Part shown: positions 17,906-27,725 of the stretch, piece after piece
How positions within the stretch are numbered: the stretch's first letter is position 1
Layout: each line of letters begins with the position of its first letter
NCBI GenBank assembly: GCA_949293285.1
Contig: CASFCU010000027.1
Span: 1-40,085, forward strand
DNA from: an uncultured bacterium
Lineage (GTDB): Bacteria; Bacillota_I; Bacilli_A; RF39; UBA660
Reading direction: 5' to 3'
Length of the DNA: 40,085 bases
Notes under the pieces: model-generated
What the model was told of the DNA's origin: nothing
What the model saw: the letters and a program-made list of their open reading frames with translations, nothing else
Database searches by the model: none
Position numbers and translations under genes: made by a program

Positions 17906-17965
17906 CGTAAAATTTTTGTAAATAATTTGTAATAAATTGCATATATATTGAATAGTTGATATAAT
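17906..17965 (+). promoter_or_regulatory. WalR/OmpR-type direct repeats immediately upstream of a SigA promoter
   Basis: CGTAAA-N5-TGTAAA-N5-TGTAAT (17906-17933), then TTGCAT-17 bp-TATAAT with TG extension (17937-17965). Confidence 0.65.
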
Positions 17966-17981
17966 TAGCATGGGTGTAACA

Positions 17982-18719
17982 ATGATAATGAATATTAAAA
18001 ATATAGATATAAATTACGTGCAGTATGGAGAAGGAGCTGATGTAATACTTCTTCACGGTTGGGGGCAAAATATTGAAATGATGGATCCCTTGGGGAAAAA
18101 TCTATCAAATAAATGGAAAATAACTATCTTGGATTTGCCTGGTCATGGAAAATCGAGTGAGCCATTAGAAGCAATTACTATTTATGACTATTGTGAAATA
18201 CTTAAAGAATTTTTAGAAAAACTTAATATTAAGAATCCAATCATTATTGGACATTCATTCGGTGGGAGAATAGGAATTATTTATGCTTCTTTATATTCTA
18301 CCAAAAAGCTAATATTGCTTGGCGCTCCTTGTATTCGAAAAAAGGAAAATATGACTTTGAAAGTCAAAGCTTTGAAAAAGTTAAAAAAAGTTCCTGGGTT
18401 AAATAAATTGGAAGGTTTTGCCAAAAAACACATAGGATCTAAAGATTACAGGAATGCTAGTAATATCATGAGACAGGTACTTGTTAACACGGTTAATGAA
18501 GATTTAAGTGAATGTGCTAGGAAAATAAAGTGCCCAACACTTTTAATATGGGGAGACTGTGATACAGAAGCTCCACTAGAAGATGCCAAAGAATTAGAAA
18601 AAATCATCAAAGATGCAGGCCTTGTTGTTTATGAAAATGGGACTCATTATACTTATTTAGAATTTTTATTACCAGTTTGTAAGGTTATCAGAACCTTTAT
18701 TATGGAAAGAGGGATTTAG
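17982..18719 (+). CDS. Alpha/beta hydrolase
   Basis: LLHGWG, DLPGHG, GHSFGG nucleophile, IWGDCD, GTH. Start 17982 chosen from promoter and RBS position (ORF track 17970). Confidence 0.92.
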   Translation: MIMNIKNIDINYVQYGEGADVILLHGWGQNIEMMDPLGKNLSNKWKITILDLPGHGKSSEPLEAITIYDYCEILKEFLEKLNIKNPIIIGHSFGGRIGIIYASLYSTKKLILLGAPCIRKKENMTLKVKALKKLKKVPGLNKLEGFAKKHIGSKDYRNASNIMRQVLVNTVNEDLSECARKIKCPTLLIWGDCDTEAPLEDAKELEKIIKDAGLVVYENGTHYTYLEFLLPVCKVIRTFIMERGI

Positions 18720-18722
18720 TTT

Positions 18723-20339
18723 ATGATACTTTTAGTTTGTTTATTATTTTTTGTAATGTTACTCTACATCATCAATACCTGTAGCAAATCAATACACATG
18801 TTACAGCAAAATTTATATAATGAAAATAATAGATATTTAAAATGGATTTTTAAAAATAAAAGAATAAGTTTTATCAACTTGAATTTATACGGAATTTTAT
18901 TTTCTGCTTTTTTATTTTTCTCCGTAAGTGAAATTTTGGATACCTTTTTCTTATTAATACTTATTTCTGTATACGTCGTTAGCTTGTTTATTGACAAAGA
19001 AAAAAGAAAACAAGATCAAAATAAAAAACCACTAGTAATCACGAAAAGAGTCAAAAGACTCATCGTTACAATATCAATCATATACATATTGCCGGTTCTT
19101 TTCTTTTTTATAAATACGGAGAATAGAAACATCTGTTTATTAGTACTATCTATACTTACCAGTCTAAATTTCTTAGTAGTTTACTTGGCCAATATTATTA
19201 ATTATCCTATTGAGAGAATGATTTATCATCATTTCGAAAAATTAGCAAAAAATAAACTAAAATCGATGACAAATTTGAAAATTATCGGTATAACCGGTAG
19301 CTATGGGAAAACAAGTAGTAAAAATATCCTTAATGATATTTTAAATGTCAAGTTTAACAGTTTACCAACTCCTAAAAGTATTAACACTTTCAATGGAATT
19401 ATGATTACCATTAATAATAAATTATCAAAATTTGATGATGTATTTATAGCAGAAATGGGAGCTTACGTAAAAGGAGAAATTAATGGTCTTTGTAAATTAG
19501 TAGGACCTAAATATGGAATCATAACATCTATTGGAACAGCACATTTGGAGACTTTCGGAAGTGAACAGAATATCATTGATGGAAAAATGGAACTAATTGA
19601 GTATTTACCAAGTGACGGTGTCGGAGTTTTAAATAAAGATGATGAAAAACAAAGAAATTATAAAATAAAAAACAAGAATAAGTGTAAAATTTTATGGATA
19701 GGTATTGACAATGAAGATGTCGATGTAAGAGCAACTAATATAGAGTGTAGCTACAAGGGAACCTCCTTCGATGTTATATTTAAAGATGCAAAGAAAGAGT
19801 ATCATTTTGAAACAAAACTTTTAGGAAAACACAATGTATATAATATTTTATCGAGTCTTGCTTTAGGATACGAATTTGGAATTTCCATAAAAGATTTACA
19901 ACAAGCAGTAAAAAAAGTAAAACCAGTAGAGCACAGGTTAGAACTTAAAAAACTTGGGAATTTTTATCAAATAGATGATGCTTATAATTCGAATCCGATA
20001 GGAGCAAAAAATGCCTTAGACGTTTTAGCTTTGATGAATGGTACTAAAGTAGTAGTAACGCCTGGCATGATTGAACTTGGGGAAAAAGAAAAAGAATTAA
20101 ATCGTGAATTTGGAAGACAAATTAGTAGTGTTGCCGATAAAGTAATCTTAATAGGAGAAAAAAGAACGAAGCCTATTAAAGAAGGATTAATCGATAAAAA
20201 CTTTAACGAAGATGATATATATGTATTAAACGATGTGAGAGATTCCTATGTTTTATTAGAAAAATTCAAAACAAAAAAGGAGCTTTATGCATTGTTTGAA
20301 AATGATTTACCTGATACTTATACGGAAATAGGAGGTTAA
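18723..20339 (+). CDS. murF: MurF-family Mur ligase with N-terminal multi-TM domain
   Basis: About 4 TM helices, then ITGSYGKTS, AEMGA, AHLETF, HRLE, IDDAYNSNP, TPGMIELG. Confidence 0.87.
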   Translation: MILLVCLLFFVMLLYIINTCSKSIHMLQQNLYNENNRYLKWIFKNKRISFINLNLYGILFSAFLFFSVSEILDTFFLLILISVYVVSLFIDKEKRKQDQNKKPLVITKRVKRLIVTISIIYILPVLFFFINTENRNICLLVLSILTSLNFLVVYLANIINYPIERMIYHHFEKLAKNKLKSMTNLKIIGITGSYGKTSSKNILNDILNVKFNSLPTPKSINTFNGIMITINNKLSKFDDVFIAEMGAYVKGEINGLCKLVGPKYGIITSIGTAHLETFGSEQNIIDGKMELIEYLPSDGVGVLNKDDEKQRNYKIKNKNKCKILWIGIDNEDVDVRATNIECSYKGTSFDVIFKDAKKEYHFETKLLGKHNVYNILSSLALGYEFGISIKDLQQAVKKVKPVEHRLELKKLGNFYQIDDAYNSNPIGAKNALDVLALMNGTKVVVTPGMIELGEKEKELNREFGRQISSVADKVILIGEKRTKPIKEGLIDKNFNEDDIYVLNDVRDSYVLLEKFKTKKELYALFENDLPDTYTEIGG

Positions 20340-20340
20340 A

Positions 20341-21516
20341 ATGATAAAAGTAGGTATTATTTTTGGTGGAGAATCAGTTGAACATGAGGTTAGTATCATT
20401 TCAGCTGTTCAAGCAATGAACAAATTAGACAATGATAAATATGAGATTATTCCAATATATATTTCAAAAGAAAATGAATGGTATACTGGTGCAGCACTAA
20501 GAGAAATCGATACATTTAAGGATATGGAATTATTAAAAAGATATACGAAAAATGTAGTTTTATACAATAAAAAAGGTAGATTTGTATTGCAAAGTAAAGG
20601 AATTTTTAAAAGGGTTGTTAACGATGTGGATATCATTTTTCCAGTAGTTCATGGTACCAACGTAGAAGATGGAACTTTGCAGGGATACCTTAAGACGGTA
20701 GGAGTTCCTTTTGTTGGAAGTGATGTTACATCGAGTGCCATTGCTCAAGACAAAGTGATACAAAAAATAATTTTTGAAAACTTACAATTGCCAGTAGCAG
20801 ATTATGTTTGGTTTTATGATAATGAATACAATGATGATAGTGATGCAATATTGGATAAAATTGAAAAGAAACTTAACTATCCAGTCATAGTTAAACCAGC
20901 TACATTGGGTAGTAGTGTAGGAATATCATCAGCTAAAACAAGAAAAGATCTTATAAAATCAATAGAGTCGGCAATAGAATATGACAATAAAATCATAGTA
21001 GAGCAAACAATAGAAAATCTAACTGAAGTCAATATCAGTCTATTAGGAAATTACGAGGCGGTTTCCCTTTCAGAAATAGAACAAGTAGTTACAGAGAATT
21101 CATTCTTAACATATGATGATAAATATATAAATGGAAGCAAAAAAGTCGGAAAAAGTGGTATGGCTAGTGCTAATAGAAAGATACCAGCAGATATTTCTGA
21201 TAAATTAAAGAAAGAAGTAAGAGAAATTGCTACTTCATCATTTAAGGCAATTGGCTTAAGTGGTGTGGCTAGAATGGATTTTTTAGTAGACCAAAAGAAA
21301 AAGAAAGTTTATATTAACGAAATAAATTCATGTCCAGGATCCCTTGCTTTTTACTTGTGGGATAAAACAGGAAAAAGCTTTACAACGCTTCTTGATGACA
21401 TGATAAATATTGGGGTAAAAGATTACAAGAAAAGAATTAGTAAAACACACAGCTTTAAGACAAACATTTTAAGTGGATACAATGGATTAAAAGGGTACAA
21501 AGGAAAATTAAAGTAA
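20341..21516 (+). CDS. ddl: D-alanine--D-alanine ligase family protein
   Basis: FGGESVEHEVS, HGTNVEDGTLQG, VKPATLGSSVG, YDDKY, RMDF, NEINSCPG. Confidence 0.92.
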   Translation: MIKVGIIFGGESVEHEVSIISAVQAMNKLDNDKYEIIPIYISKENEWYTGAALREIDTFKDMELLKRYTKNVVLYNKKGRFVLQSKGIFKRVVNDVDIIFPVVHGTNVEDGTLQGYLKTVGVPFVGSDVTSSAIAQDKVIQKIIFENLQLPVADYVWFYDNEYNDDSDAILDKIEKKLNYPVIVKPATLGSSVGISSAKTRKDLIKSIESAIEYDNKIIVEQTIENLTEVNISLLGNYEAVSLSEIEQVVTENSFLTYDDKYINGSKKVGKSGMASANRKIPADISDKLKKEVREIATSSFKAIGLSGVARMDFLVDQKKKKVYINEINSCPGSLAFYLWDKTGKSFTTLLDDMINIGVKDYKKRISKTHSFKTNILSGYNGLKGYKGKLK

Positions 21517-21542
21517 TGATATGATTGTTAGAGGGTGGTTAA

Positions 21543-22682
21543 ATGTTAGATGTTTTGGAATCTGGTAAAGAGAATTCTTTAGATTGTTTTGATGTCCAAA
21601 CTCTTTCGTTTGATCACCCTTTAACCCCCTTTGAAATAGAAGAATTCAAATCGATTATTTTCTCTATTAATAATTTATCTCAAATATACTTTAAGGGAAC
21701 GATAGATGTAAAAAGCATCGAAATAATAAAAAATTTGTTATCGATCAGTGGGTATGTGGATGATGAAAAAATAGAAAAATATGTGGCTGTAAAGTTAACA
21801 CCAAAAGAAATGGATCAGATTTTATCTTCTAAATACGAAAATCCTTCTACTTGGAAGATTTGCTATTATGTAGAAGAGAATAATTATATGTTAATAGAAC
21901 TTCCTAAATGTCGTTTATTTTTTTCATACGTGGATAGAATCAAGTTGCTATCGGAAAAAGAAGGCTTGACTCCTTTTGAATCCGTATTAAGAATATATGA
22001 TATCACTAAACTTCTAGAATATAACGGCAATTTAACAGAAGAAGCAAATCTTTTACCAGACATAATTGTCAATAAAGAAGCATCATCCTATGGATTTAAT
22101 AGTCTTTTTTCATACATACTAAGGAAATTAGGAATGAAAACTTTTATGGGAAAGGAAAAATCCCTAGACGGGAAAGAGTCTTATGTTACTATTGTAGAAA
22201 TTAAAGATGATAAATATGAAATAGACGGAATTTATTTATTTGATCCTTCTATGGACACACTTCCTAAAGAAACATACAAAACAGATGACATAAGAATGAT
22301 AAATTATAACTATTTTGGGCTTATGCTTGCAGATATTGAAAACTCTACTTATAAGGATAAGTTAACTGGAGCATTAGGAATCCTTGCAATTGATGATTTT
22401 AATTACAGTAATGAAAAAAAGAATAGTAAAGATATATCCTTACAACGAGAACTAGACTTACTAAACAAAACGTTTGGATATAGTTATCGGCAACTGTACA
22501 ATAAAATAAATCATTCACGCCCGATTTCTTTTGAACAAATTGAACAAGCAGTAGCAAATGTATATGGTGAAAACAAAACGATTCCCGATTACAATAAATT
22601 AATTAGGGAAAATTACTTTTCTAGAAGAGGTGAACTATTTAATCCAAACACCAATGAACTTTTAAACGTATTATTAAAATAA
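21543..22682 (+). CDS. Hypothetical protein, transglutaminase-like fold with apparently degenerate active site
   Basis: ASSYGFNSLF..IL..LGM and GIYLFDPSMD resemble the C.G(Y/F)A...LG and Y..D.TWD segments of transglutaminase-like proteins. Confidence 0.6.
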   Translation: MLDVLESGKENSLDCFDVQTLSFDHPLTPFEIEEFKSIIFSINNLSQIYFKGTIDVKSIEIIKNLLSISGYVDDEKIEKYVAVKLTPKEMDQILSSKYENPSTWKICYYVEENNYMLIELPKCRLFFSYVDRIKLLSEKEGLTPFESVLRIYDITKLLEYNGNLTEEANLLPDIIVNKEASSYGFNSLFSYILRKLGMKTFMGKEKSLDGKESYVTIVEIKDDKYEIDGIYLFDPSMDTLPKETYKTDDIRMINYNYFGLMLADIENSTYKDKLTGALGILAIDDFNYSNEKKNSKDISLQRELDLLNKTFGYSYRQLYNKINHSRPISFEQIEQAVANVYGENKTIPDYNKLIRENYFSRRGELFNPNTNELLNVLLK

Positions 22683-22687
22683 AAAAG

Positions 22688-22721
22688 TAAAGAAGAAATT
22701 TTTAGTAATTTCTTCTTTTTT
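22688..22721 (+). terminator. Intrinsic terminator
   Basis: AAAGAAGAAATT-tttagt-AATTTCTTCTTT plus T-run. Confidence 0.8.
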
Positions 22722-22739
22722 GAATAATAATATATAGTG

Positions 22740-22768
22740 TTGACAAATTAAATAAATACTAGTATAAG
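22740..22768 (+). promoter_or_regulatory. SigA-type promoter for topA
   Basis: TTGACA-17 bp-TATAAG. Confidence 0.65.
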
Positions 22769-22796
22769 TAAATAGAAATGGAAGTGGATTTAAAAT

Positions 22797-24827
22797 ATGC
22801 CTAAAAATTTAGTAATAGTAGAGTCTCCTAGTAAAAGTAAAACAATAGAAAAATATCTTGGTAATCAATACAAAGTGGTATCATCTAAAGGTCATATAAG
22901 AGATTTAGCTACCACTGGGAAATATGGTCTAGGTGTCGATATAGAAGATGATTTTAAACCTCATTATGTACCAATTGCAGGTAAGAAAAAAATAATTTCC
23001 GATTTAAAAAAGAATGTGAAAGAAAGTGATAAAATCTTCCTAGCAACGGACCCAGATAGAGAAGGAGAAGCAATCTCTTGGCATTTAAAAGATGCATTGG
23101 GAATCAAAGAAAATGAGTATGAGAGAGTTCTTTTTCATGAAATCACTAAGGATAAAGTAATCGATGCCTTTAATAATCCGAGAAAAATAGACTATAATCT
23201 GGTTAAAAGTCAAGAAACCAGAAGGATTTTAGATAGAATAATCGGTTTTAGATTAAGTAAACTAATGCAATCTAAAACAGGGGGAAAGAGTGCTGGCCGT
23301 GTTCAAAGTGTGGCTTTAAAGCTAATTGTGGATAGAGAAAGAGAAATAAATAATTTTAAAAGTGAAGAATATTGGTCTATTAGTGCAATATTTAATGACT
23401 TTGAAGCTAACTTATTCAATTATAAAGATAAAGAAATAAAAATTGCAAGTGAAGTCGAGGCTGATAAAATTCTTTCTGAGTTAAAAGACGATTTTTTAGT
23501 CAAATCAGTATCAGAAAAAGAAAAAAGTAAAAAAGCAAAACCACCATTTATCACTAGTACTATGCAGCAAGATGCTTCCAATAAATTAAACTTTAATGCA
23601 AAGAAGACAATGAGCCTTGCTCAAAAACTTTATGAAGGAATTGATATAGGTAATGATACAGTAGGTCTTATCACTTATATGAGAACGGATTCTATTAGAC
23701 TAAGTGATGATTATATAAAGGAAGCTTATAAATATATAAATGATCACTACGGTAAAGACTATATAGGATATGTAAAAACGTCAAAAAAGAAGGATAATGT
23801 TCAAGATGCTCATGAAGCAATTAGACCAACTAGCATTTTGAGAACACCAGAAAAAATGAAACCTTATTTGACATCAGATCTTTATAAACTATATGAATTG
23901 ATATATTATAGAACTTTAGCATCTCTAATGGCAGATGCCAGAGTAAATGCTACTACTATAATACTAGAAAACAATGACTATCTATTTAAGGCAACCGGGC
24001 AAGTTCTTATTTATGATGGATATTTAAAAGTATATAAAGACTTTGAAAAAAGTGAGGATAAAACCTTACCGAATATTCAAACAAACGAAGTTTTAAAAGC
24101 AGCATCGATAGAAAAAGAACAACATTTTACACAACCACCGGCTAGATATACAGAAGCAAAACTAATAAAAGAAATGGAAGAATTAGGAATAGGTAGACCA
24201 TCTACTTATGCTACTGTAATTGATACAATTAAACAACGAAATTATGTCACATTAGAAGATAAAAAATTCATACCAACCCAAATGGGAATAGAAACAACTG
24301 ATAAACTGCAAGATTTCTTCAGTGATATTATAAACGTAGAATACACTGCAAATATGGAAAATGATTTAGATAAAATAGCAGAAGAAAAAGAAGATAATAT
24401 CAAGGTGTTGCATCATTTCTATGCTTCTTTCGAGCCATTAGTAAAAAAAGCTTTCGGAGAAATGGAAAAAAAAGAACCAGAAAAAACGGGAGAACTTTGT
24501 CCTGAATGTGGAAACCCACTAGTTATTCGCAAAGGGAAATATGGACAATTCACCGCATGTAGTAATTATCCGGAATGTAAATACATAAAAAAAGAAACTA
24601 AGGAAGTAAAAGAAATTGTGAAATGTCCTAAATGTGATGGAATGATAATAGAAAAAACAAGCAAAAAAGGAAAAACTTTTTATGGATGCAATAACTATCC
24701 AAAATGCAAAACAGCAACTTGGGACATACCAACGGGAAAACTATGCCCTAAGTGTCAAGAACTTTTAGTCAATCATAACGGAAAAGTCAAATGTAGTTCA
24801 TGTGAATACGTAGAAGAAACAGTTTAA
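22797..24827 (+). CDS. topA: DNA topoisomerase I
   Basis: LVIVESP, ATDPDREGEAI, SAGRVQS, LITYMRTDS (catalytic Tyr), GIGRPSTYA, C-terminal C4 zinc ribbons. Confidence 0.98.
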   Translation: MPKNLVIVESPSKSKTIEKYLGNQYKVVSSKGHIRDLATTGKYGLGVDIEDDFKPHYVPIAGKKKIISDLKKNVKESDKIFLATDPDREGEAISWHLKDALGIKENEYERVLFHEITKDKVIDAFNNPRKIDYNLVKSQETRRILDRIIGFRLSKLMQSKTGGKSAGRVQSVALKLIVDREREINNFKSEEYWSISAIFNDFEANLFNYKDKEIKIASEVEADKILSELKDDFLVKSVSEKEKSKKAKPPFITSTMQQDASNKLNFNAKKTMSLAQKLYEGIDIGNDTVGLITYMRTDSIRLSDDYIKEAYKYINDHYGKDYIGYVKTSKKKDNVQDAHEAIRPTSILRTPEKMKPYLTSDLYKLYELIYYRTLASLMADARVNATTIILENNDYLFKATGQVLIYDGYLKVYKDFEKSEDKTLPNIQTNEVLKAASIEKEQHFTQPPARYTEAKLIKEMEELGIGRPSTYATVIDTIKQRNYVTLEDKKFIPTQMGIETTDKLQDFFSDIINVEYTANMENDLDKIAEEKEDNIKVLHHFYASFEPLVKKAFGEMEKKEPEKTGELCPECGNPLVIRKGKYGQFTACSNYPECKYIKKETKEVKEIVKCPKCDGMIIEKTSKKGKTFYGCNNYPKCKTATWDIPTGKLCPKCQELLVNHNGKVKCSSCEYVEETV

Positions 24828-24843
24828 CTTGACTGTTTTTTTT
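24817..24843 (+). terminator. Intrinsic terminator after topA
   Basis: AAACAGTT-taactt-GACTGTTT plus T-run. Confidence 0.65.
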
Positions 24844-24969
24844 AACTACCGATATCAAGGAGGATAAATGAGAATAAAACTTTCATAACAACAAGCACAA
24901 CATAAATAAAAAAGAAAATTTATTTTATCTATCACCTTTTATTTGTTATAATAATAAAAGGTGATATAA

Positions 24970-27591
24970 ATGGAAAAAGTAATTCTTATAGATGGCAATA
25001 ATATTCTCTTTAGAAGTTATTATGCAACGGCATACAACGGTAATATCATGAAGAATTCAAAAGGCTTTCCGACAAATGCTTTATATGGTCTTGTCAACAT
25101 GATGAATAAAATTATTGCAGAAGAAAATCCCACCTATATCATGGTGGCCTTTGACAAGGGAAAAACTTTTCGACATGACAAATACGAAATGTACAAAAAA
25201 GGAAGATTAGAAACTCCAGATGAACTTAAAATACAATTCCCAAAGGCTAAAGAGCTAGTAGAAGCAATGGGAATTCATTACTTTGAAATAGACAATTACG
25301 AAGCAGATGATATTATTGGAACATTTGCTAAAAAATGTGATGAAAGTCCTAATTTTAATGCTGTAATAATAAGTAGTGACAAAGATCTGCTTCAACTAAT
25401 TACCGATAAGGTAGAAGTAAAACTTTTAAAACCAGTTGGAAATCAAAGAATGACTCACGAGGAATTTCTTAGAACTTACGGAATAGAACCAGAAAGAATG
25501 GTAGATTTAAAAGCTCTCATGGGAGATTCATCCGATAATATTCCAGGAGTCAAAGGAATAGGAGAAAAAACAGCAATTAATCTTTTAAAAGAATATAAAA
25601 CTCTCGATAACATCTATCAAAATATTGACTCCGTGAAAGGAAAAACGCAAGAAAAGCTGATTGCCGAAAAAAGTAAAGCCTATATGAGTTATGATCTAGC
25701 CACTATTTATAAAACAGTACCCATTGATATTGATTTTGAAAAAATAAGATATAAAGGATATGATTCTTTAAAATATATTGAACTTTTGGAAGAATTAGAG
25801 TTTTATTCATTGATAAAAAAAATGGATATCAAAAAGGAAAATATTAGAGAAAACATTCAAGAGACAACAGATTTTAAATTTTCTATAGTAAATAATATTG
25901 AAGAAGTGAACCTTACTAAAAATTATGCTATATACTTAGAATTATTGGGATATAATTATCATAAAAGTCCTCCATTAGGAATCAGTATATATGATGGTGA
26001 AAATTGTTATTACATTCCTTTTGACATTGTTTTGGACAATCAAGAAATCCTACTAGAAAACGATTATGAGAAGTATACTTACGATTTGAAAAAGCTAATC
26101 GTTGTATTAAAGAAAAACAACTTAGTCATCAATCGTTGTACTTATGATGCAATGATTTCCGGATATTTATTAAATTATAATGTAAAAGATGATATTGCTT
26201 ATTTGATGAGAAATAACGGAATAGATGTTTTATTTTATGAAGAAGAATTCAAAAGTGCAGCAAAACTGAAATGCCCATCTTTAGAAACAGTAGCGGAAAA
26301 TGCCTGTAAAAAAGCAAAATACATTTACGATTCACGTGATACTATGTTGAAAGAGTTAGAAAAAGAAGAAGAAATGTATTTATTTAATTCTATAGAAATG
26401 CCTCTTGTTTCTGTTTTAGCAGATATGGAATTAACAGGAATCAAAGTCGATACTGATTATTTATCACAAATGGGAAAAGAAATAAAATCTAAAATTGATT
26501 CCTTATCTTTAGAAATTTACAACTTAGCTGGAGTAGAATTTAATATTATGTCCCCTAAACAGCTCGGAGAAATATTATTTGTAACTTTAGGAATACCATA
26601 TCCTAAGAAAACAAAAGACAAAAATTATTCTACAGGAAAAGATATCTTAGATAAGATAATTGATCAACATCCAATCGTTGAAAAAATAGAAGAACATAGA
26701 ACGCTTTCAAAACTTTATAATAACTATATCATAGGATTAATCGATGAAGTTTCTAACGATGGTAGAATTCATACAATATTTAATCAAACCTTGACTAGAA
26801 CCGGAAGACTTTCCTCATCAAACCCTAATCTTCAAAATATTCCTATCAGGTTAGAGTATGGTAAACTCATTCGAAAAGCATTTCTTCCTGATGAGAATTC
26901 TATAATTCTTTCTAGTGACTATTCACAAATAGAACTTAGAGTTTTTGCTCACATATCTAAAGCGGATAACTTAATAGAAGCATTCATAGAGGATAAAGAC
27001 ATTCACACAAAAACTGCCAGTGATATCTTTGGAGTACCTCTAGATATGGTGGATGCTAACATGAGAAGACAAGCCAAAGCAGTTAATTTTGGGATTCTTT
27101 ATGGAATCAGTAGCTTTGGTCTTAGTGAAGATCTAAAGATAGATGTAGCAAAAGCCAAAAAATTTATCGATGGATACCTAAAAACTTACCCACGAATAAG
27201 TGAATACATGAAAGAAGTTATCGAAGACGCTCATGATAAAGGATATGTAAAAACTATTATGAATAGAAAAAGAACAATAGATGAATTAAATAATAAGAAT
27301 TATATGATTAGAAGTAGTGGAGAAAGAATGGCACTTAACACACCAATCCAAGGGTCTAGTGCTGATATTCTAAAGAAAGCAATGGTTGAAATATATGATG
27401 AATTTAACAAACAAAATCTAAAAAGCAAAATGTTAATTCAAGTACATGACGAACTAGTATTCAATGTTTTAAAATCAGAAGAGAAAATAGTAGAATCTAT
27501 AGTTAAAAATATAATGGAAAATACCTACAAATTATCGGTTCCACTTGTAGTAGACATCAACAAGGGAAAAGATTGGTATGAAGCAAAGTAA
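24970..27591 (+). CDS. polA: DNA polymerase I
   Basis: 5'-3' exonuclease (LIDGN, YEADDIIG, GDSSDNIPGV) and polymerase motifs TGRLSS, DYSQIELR, KAVNFGILYG, QVHDEL. Confidence 0.98.
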   Translation: MEKVILIDGNNILFRSYYATAYNGNIMKNSKGFPTNALYGLVNMMNKIIAEENPTYIMVAFDKGKTFRHDKYEMYKKGRLETPDELKIQFPKAKELVEAMGIHYFEIDNYEADDIIGTFAKKCDESPNFNAVIISSDKDLLQLITDKVEVKLLKPVGNQRMTHEEFLRTYGIEPERMVDLKALMGDSSDNIPGVKGIGEKTAINLLKEYKTLDNIYQNIDSVKGKTQEKLIAEKSKAYMSYDLATIYKTVPIDIDFEKIRYKGYDSLKYIELLEELEFYSLIKKMDIKKENIRENIQETTDFKFSIVNNIEEVNLTKNYAIYLELLGYNYHKSPPLGISIYDGENCYYIPFDIVLDNQEILLENDYEKYTYDLKKLIVVLKKNNLVINRCTYDAMISGYLLNYNVKDDIAYLMRNNGIDVLFYEEEFKSAAKLKCPSLETVAENACKKAKYIYDSRDTMLKELEKEEEMYLFNSIEMPLVSVLADMELTGIKVDTDYLSQMGKEIKSKIDSLSLEIYNLAGVEFNIMSPKQLGEILFVTLGIPYPKKTKDKNYSTGKDILDKIIDQHPIVEKIEEHRTLSKLYNNYIIGLIDEVSNDGRIHTIFNQTLTRTGRLSSSNPNLQNIPIRLEYGKLIRKAFLPDENSIILSSDYSQIELRVFAHISKADNLIEAFIEDKDIHTKTASDIFGVPLDMVDANMRRQAKAVNFGILYGISSFGLSEDLKIDVAKAKKFIDGYLKTYPRISEYMKEVIEDAHDKGYVKTIMNRKRTIDELNNKNYMIRSSGERMALNTPIQGSSADILKKAMVEIYDEFNKQNLKSKMLIQVHDELVFNVLKSEEKIVESIVKNIMENTYKLSVPLVVDINKGKDWYEAK

Positions 27592-27725
27592 ATTAATAAA
27601 AACTTGAAGTTACCAAAATATAAAAGTAAGCAATACAGCTACCTTATTGAATTTGAATCTTTCATTTGAAGGTAATGAAAAGGTAGATGATATAAATTGT
27701 TTTAAATATGGGGGGAAGTATTAGT

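Noticed and set aside
17982-21516. Vancomycin-resistance (van) cluster
   Set aside because: No VanH/VanX/VanY or adjacent VanRS; the ligase has Tyr in the omega loop, consistent with D-Ala-D-Ala type.
27592-27725. Alternative pairings (CTACCTT/AAGGTAG, TTTCATT/AATGAAA) between polA and mutM
   Set aside because: Short AT-rich stems expected by chance; no known motif.
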